Source of the DNA: Alphaproteobacteria bacterium
GTDB lineage: Bacteria > Pseudomonadota > Alphaproteobacteria > Rs-D84 > SZUA-605
Assembly (NCBI GenBank): GCA_031549385.1
Contig: JAVBPW010000001.1
Span: 160,001-224,000, forward strand
Length of the DNA stretch: 64,000 nt
Direction of reading: 5' to 3'
This document shows, piece by piece, positions 8,282 through 16,948 of this stretch; position 1 is the first letter of the stretch; each line of letters begins with the position of its first letter. A program made the translations under genes and the position numbers. The notes beneath the pieces are model-generated. The model worked only from the letters and a program-made list of their open reading frames with translations, ran no database searches and was not told the origin of the DNA.

Positions 8282-8933
8282 TGCTAAACATTCCTTCATA
8301 TTTTGATCTGGTGGATTGAGATAGTTGTCTGGATAAATAGATTTCAAGATTCTCTTTATTATGCAAGCAATAAGCTAGCCATTTAGTCCAATTCTCATCT
8401 AAATCCCTAAAATATACCATTTTTCTATTCATTGGATGCTTTTTGTAATCTCTACCAAATACTGTTCGCTTTAATATGCTTTTGATTTTAGCAATATCGT
8501 CAATTTGAATAATCCCGTGCAAGTGTAAGTTTTCTTTATCTGATTCATCTAGTATAAAACAATACTTGGGAATATAACCCAGCGTATTATTAAAGTTGGA
8601 ATTTATCCTCCTACGGATGAAATCTGCAGCATTGGATGAATTTTTTGCTTTTATTGCAAACTTGTATGAAAAATCAACAGTGAATGCTTTGAAGCCTAAA
8701 TCCTTACCAAGACCAAATACAAAAAACAATCTTTCAATATCGCTTAACCTAGACCAATTTTTTATCTTTCTCTCTATATCTCTAGATATATTTATAATAT
8801 ATACTAAAGAAGATTTATTTATTGTGGATCGGTCAACTTCTTGAAGAAATGAGTTTGATTGGGCTTTAAGACAATCTAAGCTCTCAAAAACACTTTCCTT
8901 TTTTGTAAAAGGATAATTCTCATAATTAAGCAT
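8271..8933 (-). CDS. Putative HUH-superfamily (rolling-circle Rep-like) endonuclease
   Basis: AFTVDF (motif I-like), YCFILDE...LHLHGIIQ (HUH motif II), WLAYCLHNK (candidate catalytic Tyr). Confidence 0.55.
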   Translation of the reverse strand: MLNYENYPFTKKESVFESLDCLKAQSNSFLQEVDRSTINKSSLVYIINISRDIERKIKNWSRLSDIERLFFVFGLGKDLGFKAFTVDFSYKFAIKAKNSSNAADFIRRRINSNFNNTLGYIPKYCFILDESDKENLHLHGIIQIDDIAKIKSILKRTVFGRDYKKHPMNRKMVYFRDLDENWTKWLAYCLHNKENLEIYLSRQLSQSTRSKYEGMFSNGK

Positions 8934-8943
8934 TACTGAATCC

Positions 8944-9168
8944 TTAAATTTGAGAAGAGCTTTGAACTACTTTGGATAGCCTTTTATCAACCCATTCATC
9001 TAAAGATTCTTTTTTATAAACAATACGTTTTGTTCCAAATTTTTGGTAAGAAGGACCTCCGCCTATTGTTATGTATTTTGATAGTGTTTTTTCAGATGTA
9101 GGAAGTCCTAGAACTCCTGTTAGATATTCAGAAGCTTCTCTTTTTGTAAAATATGTTTTTGATGTCAT
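8944..9168 (-). CDS. Excisionase/AlpA-like winged-helix protein
   Basis: YFTKREASEYL...TLSKY..GGGPSYQKFG..IVYKKESLDEWV. Confidence 0.85.
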   Translation of the reverse strand: MTSKTYFTKREASEYLTGVLGLPTSEKTLSKYITIGGGPSYQKFGTKRIVYKKESLDEWVDKRLSKVVQSSSQI

Positions 9169-9260
9169 AACTTTTCCTTTTGGTTATTTACTTTGGCTTT
9201 TCTGCCTTTCATAACTAAAAGATATTATTTGTTAAAAACATTTGTAAGACAGGTCACTAG

Positions 9261-9989
9261 CTAGACAGACTTTTTTCGTTTTCTAAGACTATTAGCTTCC
9301 TTAAACCAAGACTTTGAAATATCTCTACCTACCTTATAATCTTCTTGGATTTCTTCAAGAATCTCTAAATAAGAGGCGTCTCTATCGTAAGCTCCCGCAT
9401 TCCATTCTTTTAAGAATAATTCTTTTTCGGATTTTAGATTTTCTGATTTCTTGTAACTTGTCTTTTCACTACCTTTCTTATACCTTCTTGATTTTTCTAT
9501 ATTTTCAGTTTGAACTATTACATTTCCTATTTTCATAGTTTCTATTACTGAGCTGTGATAGTTATAAGATAATCTAAATAATTCTTGATAGTTTATATTG
9601 TTACTTAAATTAGCATTGTTTAATAGGTCAAACAACAGTTTTACTGCTTCTTTTATTTTGTTTGTCATAGATGGATTTCCTATACCTACATATAACGGAT
9701 CTAAAGTAGCATTTTTAACAATTTTATCTATTATTTCTTTTTTAGATTTAGATACCTGAATTTCCATTCTTTCTTTATTTATTAGGCATTCTGCGAGCAG
9801 ATTAACTGGGATTTTACTGTTATTAGTTTTGTTAATATCTTCTTCATTGTAAACTCTATAAATATAAACTAAAGACCTTATTGCGTTTTCAAATACACCC
9901 AAAAGTATTTCTTTGTCTTTTGGACTTATTTTTAGTTTTTTAATAATTTTAGGATAACTCTCTATAAGATATTCATAATCAACTTTCAT
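9261..9989 (-). CDS. Hypothetical protein co-oriented with integrase
   Basis: 242-aa ORF starting immediately after the int stop; possible C-terminal HTH. Confidence 0.65.
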   Translation of the reverse strand: MKVDYEYLIESYPKIIKKLKISPKDKEILLGVFENAIRSLVYIYRVYNEEDINKTNNSKIPVNLLAECLINKERMEIQVSKSKKEIIDKIVKNATLDPLYVGIGNPSMTNKIKEAVKLLFDLLNNANLSNNINYQELFRLSYNYHSSVIETMKIGNVIVQTENIEKSRRYKKGSEKTSYKKSENLKSEKELFLKEWNAGAYDRDASYLEILEEIQEDYKVGRDISKSWFKEANSLRKRKKSV

Positions 9990-9990
9990 A

Positions 9991-11271
9991 TTATGCCCTT
10001 TTTGATATATCTATGATTTTATCTTCTTTTGTTCCCTTTAGTGCGTGCTCTATCTCTGATGAAATATGGTTTGCTGAAGCTATTAAACTTTTATCTGGCA
10101 AATGAGAATATCTGTTAGTTATACCTTTTAGCTTATGTCCTACTAACCCAGCGAGGGTAAATTCTGTATAACCTAAATCAGCCCCTACACTTGTAAATGT
10201 ATGTCTTAACGAATGGATAGTAAATTTTTCTTTCTCTAGGATTTTATTTTCAGTCTCATCTTTGCTTTCCAATATACTAATAAATGAAGCCCTTAAATTT
10301 ACCAAATGTAACCCTGTCCTTCTTGAAGGAATAACCCACTCTGAATTGTTTTCTCTTCTTATTTGTTGTAATAATCTCAATGCACCTATACCAAAAGGTC
10401 TTATCTGTTTTCCTGTTTTTGTGTCTGGGAACCTAAAACATTGATTTTGAAAATCTACATATTGCCATTTTAATGTTAGTATTTCATTTTTTCTACAACC
10501 TGTAAGGAGAAGTAATTTTATAGCATTTACATCATCTTTGTAATTAACACTCCATTTAGGAATAGATAGGATATTTCCTAATTTCTTTATTTCCTCTAAT
10601 GTTAAAAACTCTTCCTTGGGCTTTAATGGTGGTTTTTTTATACCTCTTGCAGGATTTATTTGTAATTGCTCCTTTGATATCCCAAATTCAAGTATGGTTC
10701 CTAATAAAGAGACTGCTTTACCTGCTGCTGCATTTCCACCTCTTACTTTGATTCTTCCTCTTAGTTTATCACTTTTTTCATCTTTTCTTACTTTGTCCCC
10801 TTTTATTATTTCATATTTCATTGTCTCAATTTGACCTTTTGTGAGACTTTCTGTTGGAACTTTACCGATCAAAGGCTTTATTAGTCTTTCTATACAACTT
10901 CTATTTTCAATTATTGTCCTAGGTTTTTTGTGAGTAGTTGCTTCTTTCATATACCAATCACATAATTCACTTACAGTTTTCACCTCTTTGTTCTTTGATT
11001 TTTCTTTCGCTGGGTCTTTGCCTAACTCAATATCTCTTAATAGCCCTCTTGCTCTTTCTTTAGCTTGTTCCAATGTCATATTTGGAAAAGAACCTACCTT
11101 AAAAAATCTTTGCTGATCAAATTTATTTCTGTATTTGATACTAAAAGTTTTTACACCTGATGGATAAACCCTTAATGCAAAACCTGATAAAGCTTCATCA
11201 AAGTAATTTACTAACTTTTCCTTAACAGGAACTGTCTTAACAAAGGGTAATGTCATTTTTATAACCGCCAT
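9991..11271 (-). CDS. int: Tyrosine integrase with N-terminal arm-binding domain
   Basis: GFALRVYPSGVKTF arm domain; TGCRKNE, DTKTG, HSLRH, VGH...RY catalytic motifs; start MAVIK after AAGGA. Confidence 0.95.
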   Translation of the reverse strand: MAVIKMTLPFVKTVPVKEKLVNYFDEALSGFALRVYPSGVKTFSIKYRNKFDQQRFFKVGSFPNMTLEQAKERARGLLRDIELGKDPAKEKSKNKEVKTVSELCDWYMKEATTHKKPRTIIENRSCIERLIKPLIGKVPTESLTKGQIETMKYEIIKGDKVRKDEKSDKLRGRIKVRGGNAAAGKAVSLLGTILEFGISKEQLQINPARGIKKPPLKPKEEFLTLEEIKKLGNILSIPKWSVNYKDDVNAIKLLLLTGCRKNEILTLKWQYVDFQNQCFRFPDTKTGKQIRPFGIGALRLLQQIRRENNSEWVIPSRRTGLHLVNLRASFISILESKDETENKILEKEKFTIHSLRHTFTSVGADLGYTEFTLAGLVGHKLKGITNRYSHLPDKSLIASANHISSEIEHALKGTKEDKIIDISKRA

Positions 11272-11292
11272 TTTTAATCCTTTTATTTTTTC

Positions 11293-11313
11293 GAGATACC
11301 ACCAAGATACCAA
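11293..11313 (+). promoter_or_regulatory. Putative integrase arm-type site (right), just upstream of int
   Basis: GAGATACCACCAAGATACCAA, matches 3985-4005. Confidence 0.65.
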
Positions 11314-11442
11314 TAAATTGAAAAAGTGTTAATTTATTGTAGAACATAATAGTAGAAAAGTAAAGCTCAGAATGCTAGATTACTGGCATATATAGTAAAT
11401 AAAAGAATTTTTGAAAAGTTAAGAAAAGTATTCACGCCCATT

Positions 11443-11488
11443 TTGCCAAGGAGGAGGTCGAGGGTTCGAGCCCCTTCACTTGCTCCAT
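11443..11488 (+). repeat. attR core (tRNA-Gly 3' fragment)
   Basis: 46/46 identity with 3894-3939; the tRNA 5' half is absent. Confidence 0.95.
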
Positions 11489-11581
11489 TTTTTACCTGAT
11501 GTTTATCAGGGATTTTTTTTTATAAACTCATAGCTTTATTTTGTTATTGATTTATTTCTGTATTTAAGATACCTTTTTATT

Positions 11582-11777
11582 GATGTTGAGAATTTCAACA
11601 TTGAGGATTTGTACCCTCTCATTACGCGGATATACACCCGAAACTGTATGCCTACTAGTCTTTATGACTGGAAGGCATCAAAATAAGCTTAAGTGCAAAT
11701 ATGATGCACTATCGTAATGTAGGTACAAACTTCCAGTCGCTATTTAAACCAGCGACTTTTTTAATTTAAAGGAAGTT
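11582..11777 (+). ncRNA. Structured cis-regulatory leader, C4/CI-like antisense RNA module, copy 2
   Basis: Same helix order as copy 1 with compensatory sequences; shared AATAAGCTTAAG(T)GCAAATA and GCACTATC cores. Confidence 0.7.
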
Positions 11778-11779
11778 GT

Positions 11780-12643
11780 ATGAAAGACATTTTAGTTCAT
11801 GTTCACTTGTATTATGTTGAACAATGGGATTTTATTGAAAAGCATTTAAAAAATATAAATCCTTACAAATATAAATTATTTATTACTATGGTAAAAAAAG
11901 ATAAAGAGATAGAAGAAAAAATTTTAAATTTTAATAATAATGCTAAAATTATTATAACCGATAATATTGGGTATGATATATGGCCTTTTATTAATTTAAT
12001 TAATTCCATTAATCTTTATGATTATAGTTATATTATAAAATTGCATACAAAAAGGTTTGTTGAGCAAAACTACTCTTTGAATGGGTTCTCTATGCATGGA
12101 TATAAGTGGAGAGATTATTTATACTCTTTTTTAAAATCAAAAAAGGATTTTCAAAAATGTATTAAGTCTTTTGAAAAAGATGAAAAACTGGGTATGATAG
12201 GCAATTTCAAGATTACCTTAAAAAATCACAAGGGAGATAAAAACACTACTGAAAAAACAAAAGAAATAATGAATAAATTGGGCTATAATTCTAATATTAA
12301 TTATATCGCTGGAAGTATGTTTATGGTAAGAGCTGAATTATTTAATTTTATAAAAGCGATGAAACTGAAAAAAGAAAATTTTCCTACAAAATTAATTAGT
12401 GGTATTAGCGGTACTTTTGCTCATAATATGGAACAAATCTTTGGCATTTGTATAATAGCTCAAGGTTATAAAATTGAAGATATTTTTTCTTTTTGGGGAT
12501 ATAAAATACAATCTTTAATATTAGCTTTTTCAATCTTTTTGCAATATTTTAAAAAATTTATTTTTCAGAAAAAAATTACACGAAAAGGTAAGTTAATTGT
12601 TAAAATTCTTGGTATTCCTATTTGGAATTATAAAATTAAATGA
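11780..12643 (+). CDS. RgpF-like (rhamnan synthesis F) glycosyltransferase
   Basis: VHVHLYY, NIGYDIWPF, KLHTKR, WRDYL, AGSMF, AHNMEQ motifs. Confidence 0.8.
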   Translation: MKDILVHVHLYYVEQWDFIEKHLKNINPYKYKLFITMVKKDKEIEEKILNFNNNAKIIITDNIGYDIWPFINLINSINLYDYSYIIKLHTKRFVEQNYSLNGFSMHGYKWRDYLYSFLKSKKDFQKCIKSFEKDEKLGMIGNFKITLKNHKGDKNTTEKTKEIMNKLGYNSNINYIAGSMFMVRAELFNFIKAMKLKKENFPTKLISGISGTFAHNMEQIFGICIIAQGYKIEDIFSFWGYKIQSLILAFSIFLQYFKKFIFQKKITRKGKLIVKILGIPIWNYKIK

Positions 12644-12729
12644 CTTTTACTTTTATATTTATATTGATTTTTGGGAAAAGAGGGAGCATAATTCGTTACG
12701 TTAATTTATCAACTAAAAGGAGTTTGATT

Positions 12730-13203
12730 ATGAAAAAATTACTATCTGTGTTCGCACTTACATTATTAGTTTCTGCTGGGGCTAATGCTTGGTGTTTGTT
12801 TAACTGTGAAGAAGAAGCTAAAGAAGCTGCAACTGCTGCTAAAACTGAAGCTAAAGCTCAAAAAGAAGATATCAAAAATATGACAGAAGAACAAAAAGCT
12901 GATATCAAAGCTCAAAAAGACGCTGCTAAAAAAGATATTAAAGATAAAAAAGATTCTACAAAGAAAGACGTTAAAGACAAAAAAGACGCAGTGAAAAAAG
13001 AAGCTAAAGATAAAAAAACTGCTGCAAAAAAAGAAGTAAGCGATAAAAAGGCTGCTGTAAAAAATACTTCTGACTCTAAGAAAAAAGAAGTAAAGAGTAC
13101 TGCAGATGCAAAAAAGAAAGAAGCTAAAGATAAGAAAGCTGCTGCTACAAAAAAAGTAACTGATAAAAAAGAAGCTTTAAAAGCTGCTGCACTTGCTGAA
13201 TAG
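12730..13203 (+). CDS. Secreted Lys/Ala/Asp-rich protein with 11-aa repeats
   Basis: AAGGAG RBS, signal peptide ending ANA, KKDIKDKKDST/KKDVKDKKDAV/KKEAKDKKTAA repeats. Confidence 0.85.
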   Translation: MKKLLSVFALTLLVSAGANAWCLFNCEEEAKEAATAAKTEAKAQKEDIKNMTEEQKADIKAQKDAAKKDIKDKKDSTKKDVKDKKDAVKKEAKDKKTAAKKEVSDKKAAVKNTSDSKKKEVKSTADAKKKEAKDKKAAATKKVTDKKEALKAAALAE

Positions 13204-13220
13204 TTTTAAGCTTAAAAAAT

Positions 13221-13248
13221 AAAGGAGCATCATTTGATGCTCTTTTTT
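13221..13248 (+). terminator. Intrinsic terminator
   Basis: GAGCATCA-TT-TGATGCTC followed by a T-tract. Confidence 0.75.
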
Positions 13249-13261
13249 ATATCAAGAGTAA

Positions 13262-13315
13262 CTTATGAAATTATTAAAAACAGGGTTTTTAACAATTTAA
13301 CAAGTTTAATAATAA
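13262..13315. repeat. Dispersed ~54-bp palindromic repeat, copy A
   Basis: Nearly identical to 27912-27964. Confidence 0.8.
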
Positions 13316-13376
13316 CATTTAATCTTTTAAATATTATTAAGATAAATAAAAAATCCCTCAATTGAGGGATTTTAAA

Positions 13377-13928
13377 TTAATCTCTTTCTATTTCTTTTGA
13401 ACTTTTCTTTTTTGATTTAAGGGAAAATTTCTTTGCACCTTTTTTGAAAGAAGTTTCTACCCCTAGTGTGTCAGAACCACCAAGTTCTTCAATTCTTGCT
13501 TTATATTCTGCTATTTGCCTATATAATTCTTCAGCTGTCAAAAGTACATCTGGAGTTATTTTTTCATTTATCTTTTTAAATATACTTGTTTTTTCTTTTT
13601 TATCTTTTTTTGGTTCTTCTGGTAATTCTGCTATTTGGCTTTCAATTTTATCTATTTTTGCATAAATGCTTTTTTGTTCTGCTCTTAATGAATTAATTTC
13701 TTTACTTGTTTTTGCATGTCTTAGTTGTTCAAGAACTGAACCTTCTTCTTCAAGAAGATCAGTAATCTGTGTTTGTAATGTTTTCTTTTGGCTTGTTTTA
13801 GGAGATCCTTCTCTTGCTGCTTGAGCTTCTGCTTCATGTAATTTTTTTGCATAATAATCCCTAAGCTTTTTAATATCTGGAATTTGTTGTCTTAATGTAT
13901 TAAGTGCACCCCATGGAAATACTGCCAT
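13377..13928 (-). CDS. Coiled-coil hypothetical protein
   Basis: E/K-rich heptads; start MAVFPW after AAGGA; terminator AATCCCTCAATTGAGGGATT downstream. Confidence 0.7.
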   Translation of the reverse strand: MAVFPWGALNTLRQQIPDIKKLRDYYAKKLHEAEAQAAREGSPKTSQKKTLQTQITDLLEEEGSVLEQLRHAKTSKEINSLRAEQKSIYAKIDKIESQIAELPEEPKKDKKEKTSIFKKINEKITPDVLLTAEELYRQIAEYKARIEELGGSDTLGVETSFKKGAKKFSLKSKKKSSKEIERD

Positions 13929-13997
13929 AATAAAATCCTTTTTTATTGTTCTTTTATGGAACAAGTATATCATTTTTAGAGGTAAAAGTAAATGGAG

Positions 13998-14600
13998 TTA
14001 TTCTAGACTTAAAATGATTTTTCGGATTTCTGATAGGCCTAAATTCTTTTCAGATGAAGTATACAAAATATCATTAAACATAGCGCCATGTTTTAATGAT
14101 ACCCCTTCTAGGCTATCTTTTAGTTTTTCCAGTTCAGGAGCTTTTAGTTTATCTGTCTTTGTTATTACCATTTGGTATAATATTCCACATTGATCTAACA
14201 TTTTCATCATATCTTCATCATTAGGTTTAATACCTTGGCGAGCATCCACTAAAAGAAAAACTCTTTTTAATTGTGTTCTGCCACGCAAGTAATCATACAT
14301 TAATCCTTGCCATGATTTAGAAAGCTCTTTTGATGTTTTTGCATACCCATACCCCGGTAAATCAATTATCATCATGAAATCTGCCCAGTTGAAAAAATTC
14401 AAACTTTGAGTTCTTCCTGGAGTGTTTGATGTACGTGCAAGACCTGGGGTTTTTGTTAATGCGTTAATCAAGGAAGATTTTCCTACATTAGATCTGCCTA
14501 CAAATGCTACCTCATCTAATGATGAAAATGGTAGAGTGTCAAGATCATTAAACGAACCTAAGTACTTAGGTCGTACCTTCAATAATTTAGCTTCTAACAT
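13998..14600 (-). CDS. engB: Ribosome biogenesis GTPase EngB/YihA
   Basis: GRSNVGKSS, TPGRT, DLPGYG, TKTDK. Confidence 0.95.
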   Translation of the reverse strand: MLEAKLLKVRPKYLGSFNDLDTLPFSSLDEVAFVGRSNVGKSSLINALTKTPGLARTSNTPGRTQSLNFFNWADFMMIIDLPGYGYAKTSKELSKSWQGLMYDYLRGRTQLKRVFLLVDARQGIKPNDEDMMKMLDQCGILYQMVITKTDKLKAPELEKLKDSLEGVSLKHGAMFNDILYTSSEKNLGLSEIRKIILSLE

Positions 14601-16155
14601 TTTTGTTACTTCTCTCCAATAAAAACATCTGAAGTATAGCAAAAAGGTTACTTATTGTCCAATACAAAATTAGTCCACTTGCTAAATTACCGAAAATTAA
14701 AACGAAAATGAATGGCATATATTTTAATACAGGCATTTGGTTTGTTGCATCTGAGCCTTGTAGCTTTTGTTGCATATACATTGTTAAACCCATTAATATT
14801 GGAAGTAATCCAACTTGAGGGAAAAATGCTGGTATTGAGTATGGTAATACCCCAAATAAATTAAATATAGATGTCGGATCTGCTAATGATAAATCATTTA
14901 AATATAAGAACCCTGCTCCACGTACTGAGAAATCTACTATTAATACTCTGTATAAAGCAAAAAAGATCGGAATTTGTAAAAGTAATGGCAAACATCCTGC
15001 TGCAGGGGACACTTTATTTTTTTGATAAAGTTTCATTACTTCTTGATTCATTTTCATTTTATCATCTTTATAAATTGATTGAATCGCTTTTATTTGTGGC
15101 TGTAATTTTTTCATTGCAAATGATGACTTAAATGATTTTTGAGCCAATGGAAACAATACTATTCTCATTAAGATTGTTAGAATGATAATTGCTATACCCA
15201 TGTTACCTGTTATTGAATATAGATAATTCATAAATTCTGCTACTGGTTTTGCTATTACATGAAATGAACCATAATCTATTGAAAGGTCTAAACGAGTTGC
15301 GTTAAACTTTTTTTCTATATTACTTATAACATCACCCTTTTTAGGACCTACAAAAAATGTATATCTTTGAGTTGATGTTTCTCTTGGATTAACTGTAAAG
15401 TCATTTGAAATTTCTATTTTTTTAGAATCTTTTAGTTTTGAAAAATTAATAAGCATAGGATCGTTTATTATAAATATATTTTCAAAATATCTGTCTGTGA
15501 ATCCTATCCAACCTGATACAGCTTGATATGTTTTTACTGTGTCTTTTTTTAATTCTTCAAAATTATCATTTATATAAGATATTCCACCTTTATAAACAAA
15601 ACTTGATTCTTTTTTCGAATCGTTATTTTCCATTGTTATTATTGGAAGTACTCTGACAGAGCCGTTATTATTGTTTGTTATTTTATGAATAATATCGAGA
15701 GAATAATCTTCATTGAAGTTATAATCAATTGTAAATATTATTCCACCTTTATTATAAGTTAATTGATTACCTTCAAATTTCATATCTGCAAAATTAGGAC
15801 AAAATGATACTCCGCAATCAAGAGCAAATGACATAGTATTTTCTTTATTTAATACTTCATATTGGTTTTTATTATTATCTTTGTATTGTTTTAAAACTAA
15901 TTTTGATATTGTTATTCTGTTTGATGAGAAGTCTAATTGAATATCGAAATTCTTATTTGAATATGTTTTTGTAACTACTTTTTCAATTATTGTAGAATTA
16001 GCTGTTGATGGAGCAACTGCAACTGGAGTATTTGCTTGAGCTTTTTCTTCTTTCTTTGTATTTGGTGATGGAAATAATAATCTGAAAAATACTATTGTTA
16101 ATGCCATGAATGCTAAAAATTTTAGCATAAAATATTTATCTTGTTTGGTTTCCAT
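14587..16155 (-). CDS. yidC: Membrane protein insertase YidC
   Basis: GCLPLLLQIPIFFALY, LYWTISN; canonical operon position. Confidence 0.96.
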   Translation of the reverse strand: METKQDKYFMLKFLAFMALTIVFFRLLFPSPNTKKEEKAQANTPVAVAPSTANSTIIEKVVTKTYSNKNFDIQLDFSSNRITISKLVLKQYKDNNKNQYEVLNKENTMSFALDCGVSFCPNFADMKFEGNQLTYNKGGIIFTIDYNFNEDYSLDIIHKITNNNNGSVRVLPIITMENNDSKKESSFVYKGGISYINDNFEELKKDTVKTYQAVSGWIGFTDRYFENIFIINDPMLINFSKLKDSKKIEISNDFTVNPRETSTQRYTFFVGPKKGDVISNIEKKFNATRLDLSIDYGSFHVIAKPVAEFMNYLYSITGNMGIAIIILTILMRIVLFPLAQKSFKSSFAMKKLQPQIKAIQSIYKDDKMKMNQEVMKLYQKNKVSPAAGCLPLLLQIPIFFALYRVLIVDFSVRGAGFLYLNDLSLADPTSIFNLFGVLPYSIPAFFPQVGLLPILMGLTMYMQQKLQGSDATNQMPVLKYMPFIFVLIFGNLASGLILYWTISNLFAILQMFLLERSNKNVRS

Positions 16156-16380
16156 TTATTTTTTCCTTTTTTCTGGTACAGGATCATATCCACCAGGCAT
16201 GAATGGGTTACATTTACAAATTCTTTTTATACCAAGAAATAAACCTTTTATCAAGCCAAATTTTTGAATTGCTTCAATTGCATAGGTAGAACATGTTGGC
16301 TGAAATCTGCAATTATGAGGTAAATATGGGGAAATTGCATTCTTATAAATTTGAATAAAAAATATAGCTATATTTTTCAT
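16156..16380 (-). CDS. yidD: Membrane protein insertion efficiency factor YidD
   Basis: [11 protein letters not shown]...CNPF.GGYDPVP. Confidence 0.95.
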   Translation of the reverse strand: MKNIAIFFIQIYKNAISPYLPHNCRFQPTCSTYAIEAIQKFGLIKGLFLGIKRICKCNPFMPGGYDPVPEKRKK

Positions 16381-16727
16381 TAATTAGATTTTTCTTTTAA
16401 TTGCTTATTAACTTTTTTTATTGTTGATAAAAATTCTTCATTAAGTTTAGTAAATTCAGTATCAGTGAAATCTTTTTTTAAAATTATTAGATAGGCTGTA
16501 TTTTTTTCTAATACATCAGTATTATTTCTATAAATTTCACGTATTTGACGTTTAACTCTGTTTCGAATCACTGCTAGATTACTGATGTTTCTTTTTGAAG
16601 CTATTATGCCTAAATAATTATCATCAAAATCTGGGGCTGCTACAATAGTGAAACAAGGGGTATTCCATTTGACCCCTTGTTTCTGTAACTTTTCAAAATC
16701 TCTTTTTTTTGTAAGAGTCTTTATCAT
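16380..16727 (-). CDS. rnpA: RNase P protein component
   Basis: [16 protein letters not shown] motif; between rpmH and yidD. Confidence 0.93.
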   Translation of the reverse strand: MIKTLTKKRDFEKLQKQGVKWNTPCFTIVAAPDFDDNYLGIIASKRNISNLAVIRNRVKRQIREIYRNNTDVLEKNTAYLIILKKDFTDTEFTKLNEEFLSTIKKVNKQLKEKSN

Positions 16728-16734
16728 GTTTTCC

Positions 16735-16881
16735 TTAGTTTGCGCTAGTCACTGCTAGTCTTTTTCTACCTTTAGCACGTCTTGCATTAAGCACTTTTTG
16801 CCCGCCAGCTGTTTCCATTTTAGAACGGAATCCATGCACTTTTACACGTCTTGCTTTTGATGGTTGATATGTTCTTTTCAT
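16735..16881 (-). CDS. rpmH: 50S ribosomal protein L34 (not in ORF track)
   Basis: Translated by hand: [48 protein letters not shown]. Confidence 0.96.
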   Translation of the reverse strand: MKRTYQPSKARRVKVHGFRSKMETAGGQKVLNARRAKGRKRLAVTSAN

Positions 16882-16948
16882 AATATTATCCTTTGAATTT
16901 CAAAATTTGTACTAGGTTTATACCACCATTGGTTTAAAATGTCAATAT

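Larger units (their letters stand above)
3894..11488. mobile_element. 7.6-kb tRNA-Gly-integrated element, probable phage satellite or IME
   Basis: Identical 46-bp direct repeats at 3894-3939 and 11443-11488; internal integrase, excisionase-like HTH, HUH-like Rep, KGG protein and cargo. Confidence 0.93.

Noticed and set aside
11443-11488. Apparent second tRNA-Gly
   Set aside because: Only the 3' half from the anticodon loop is present; it is attR.
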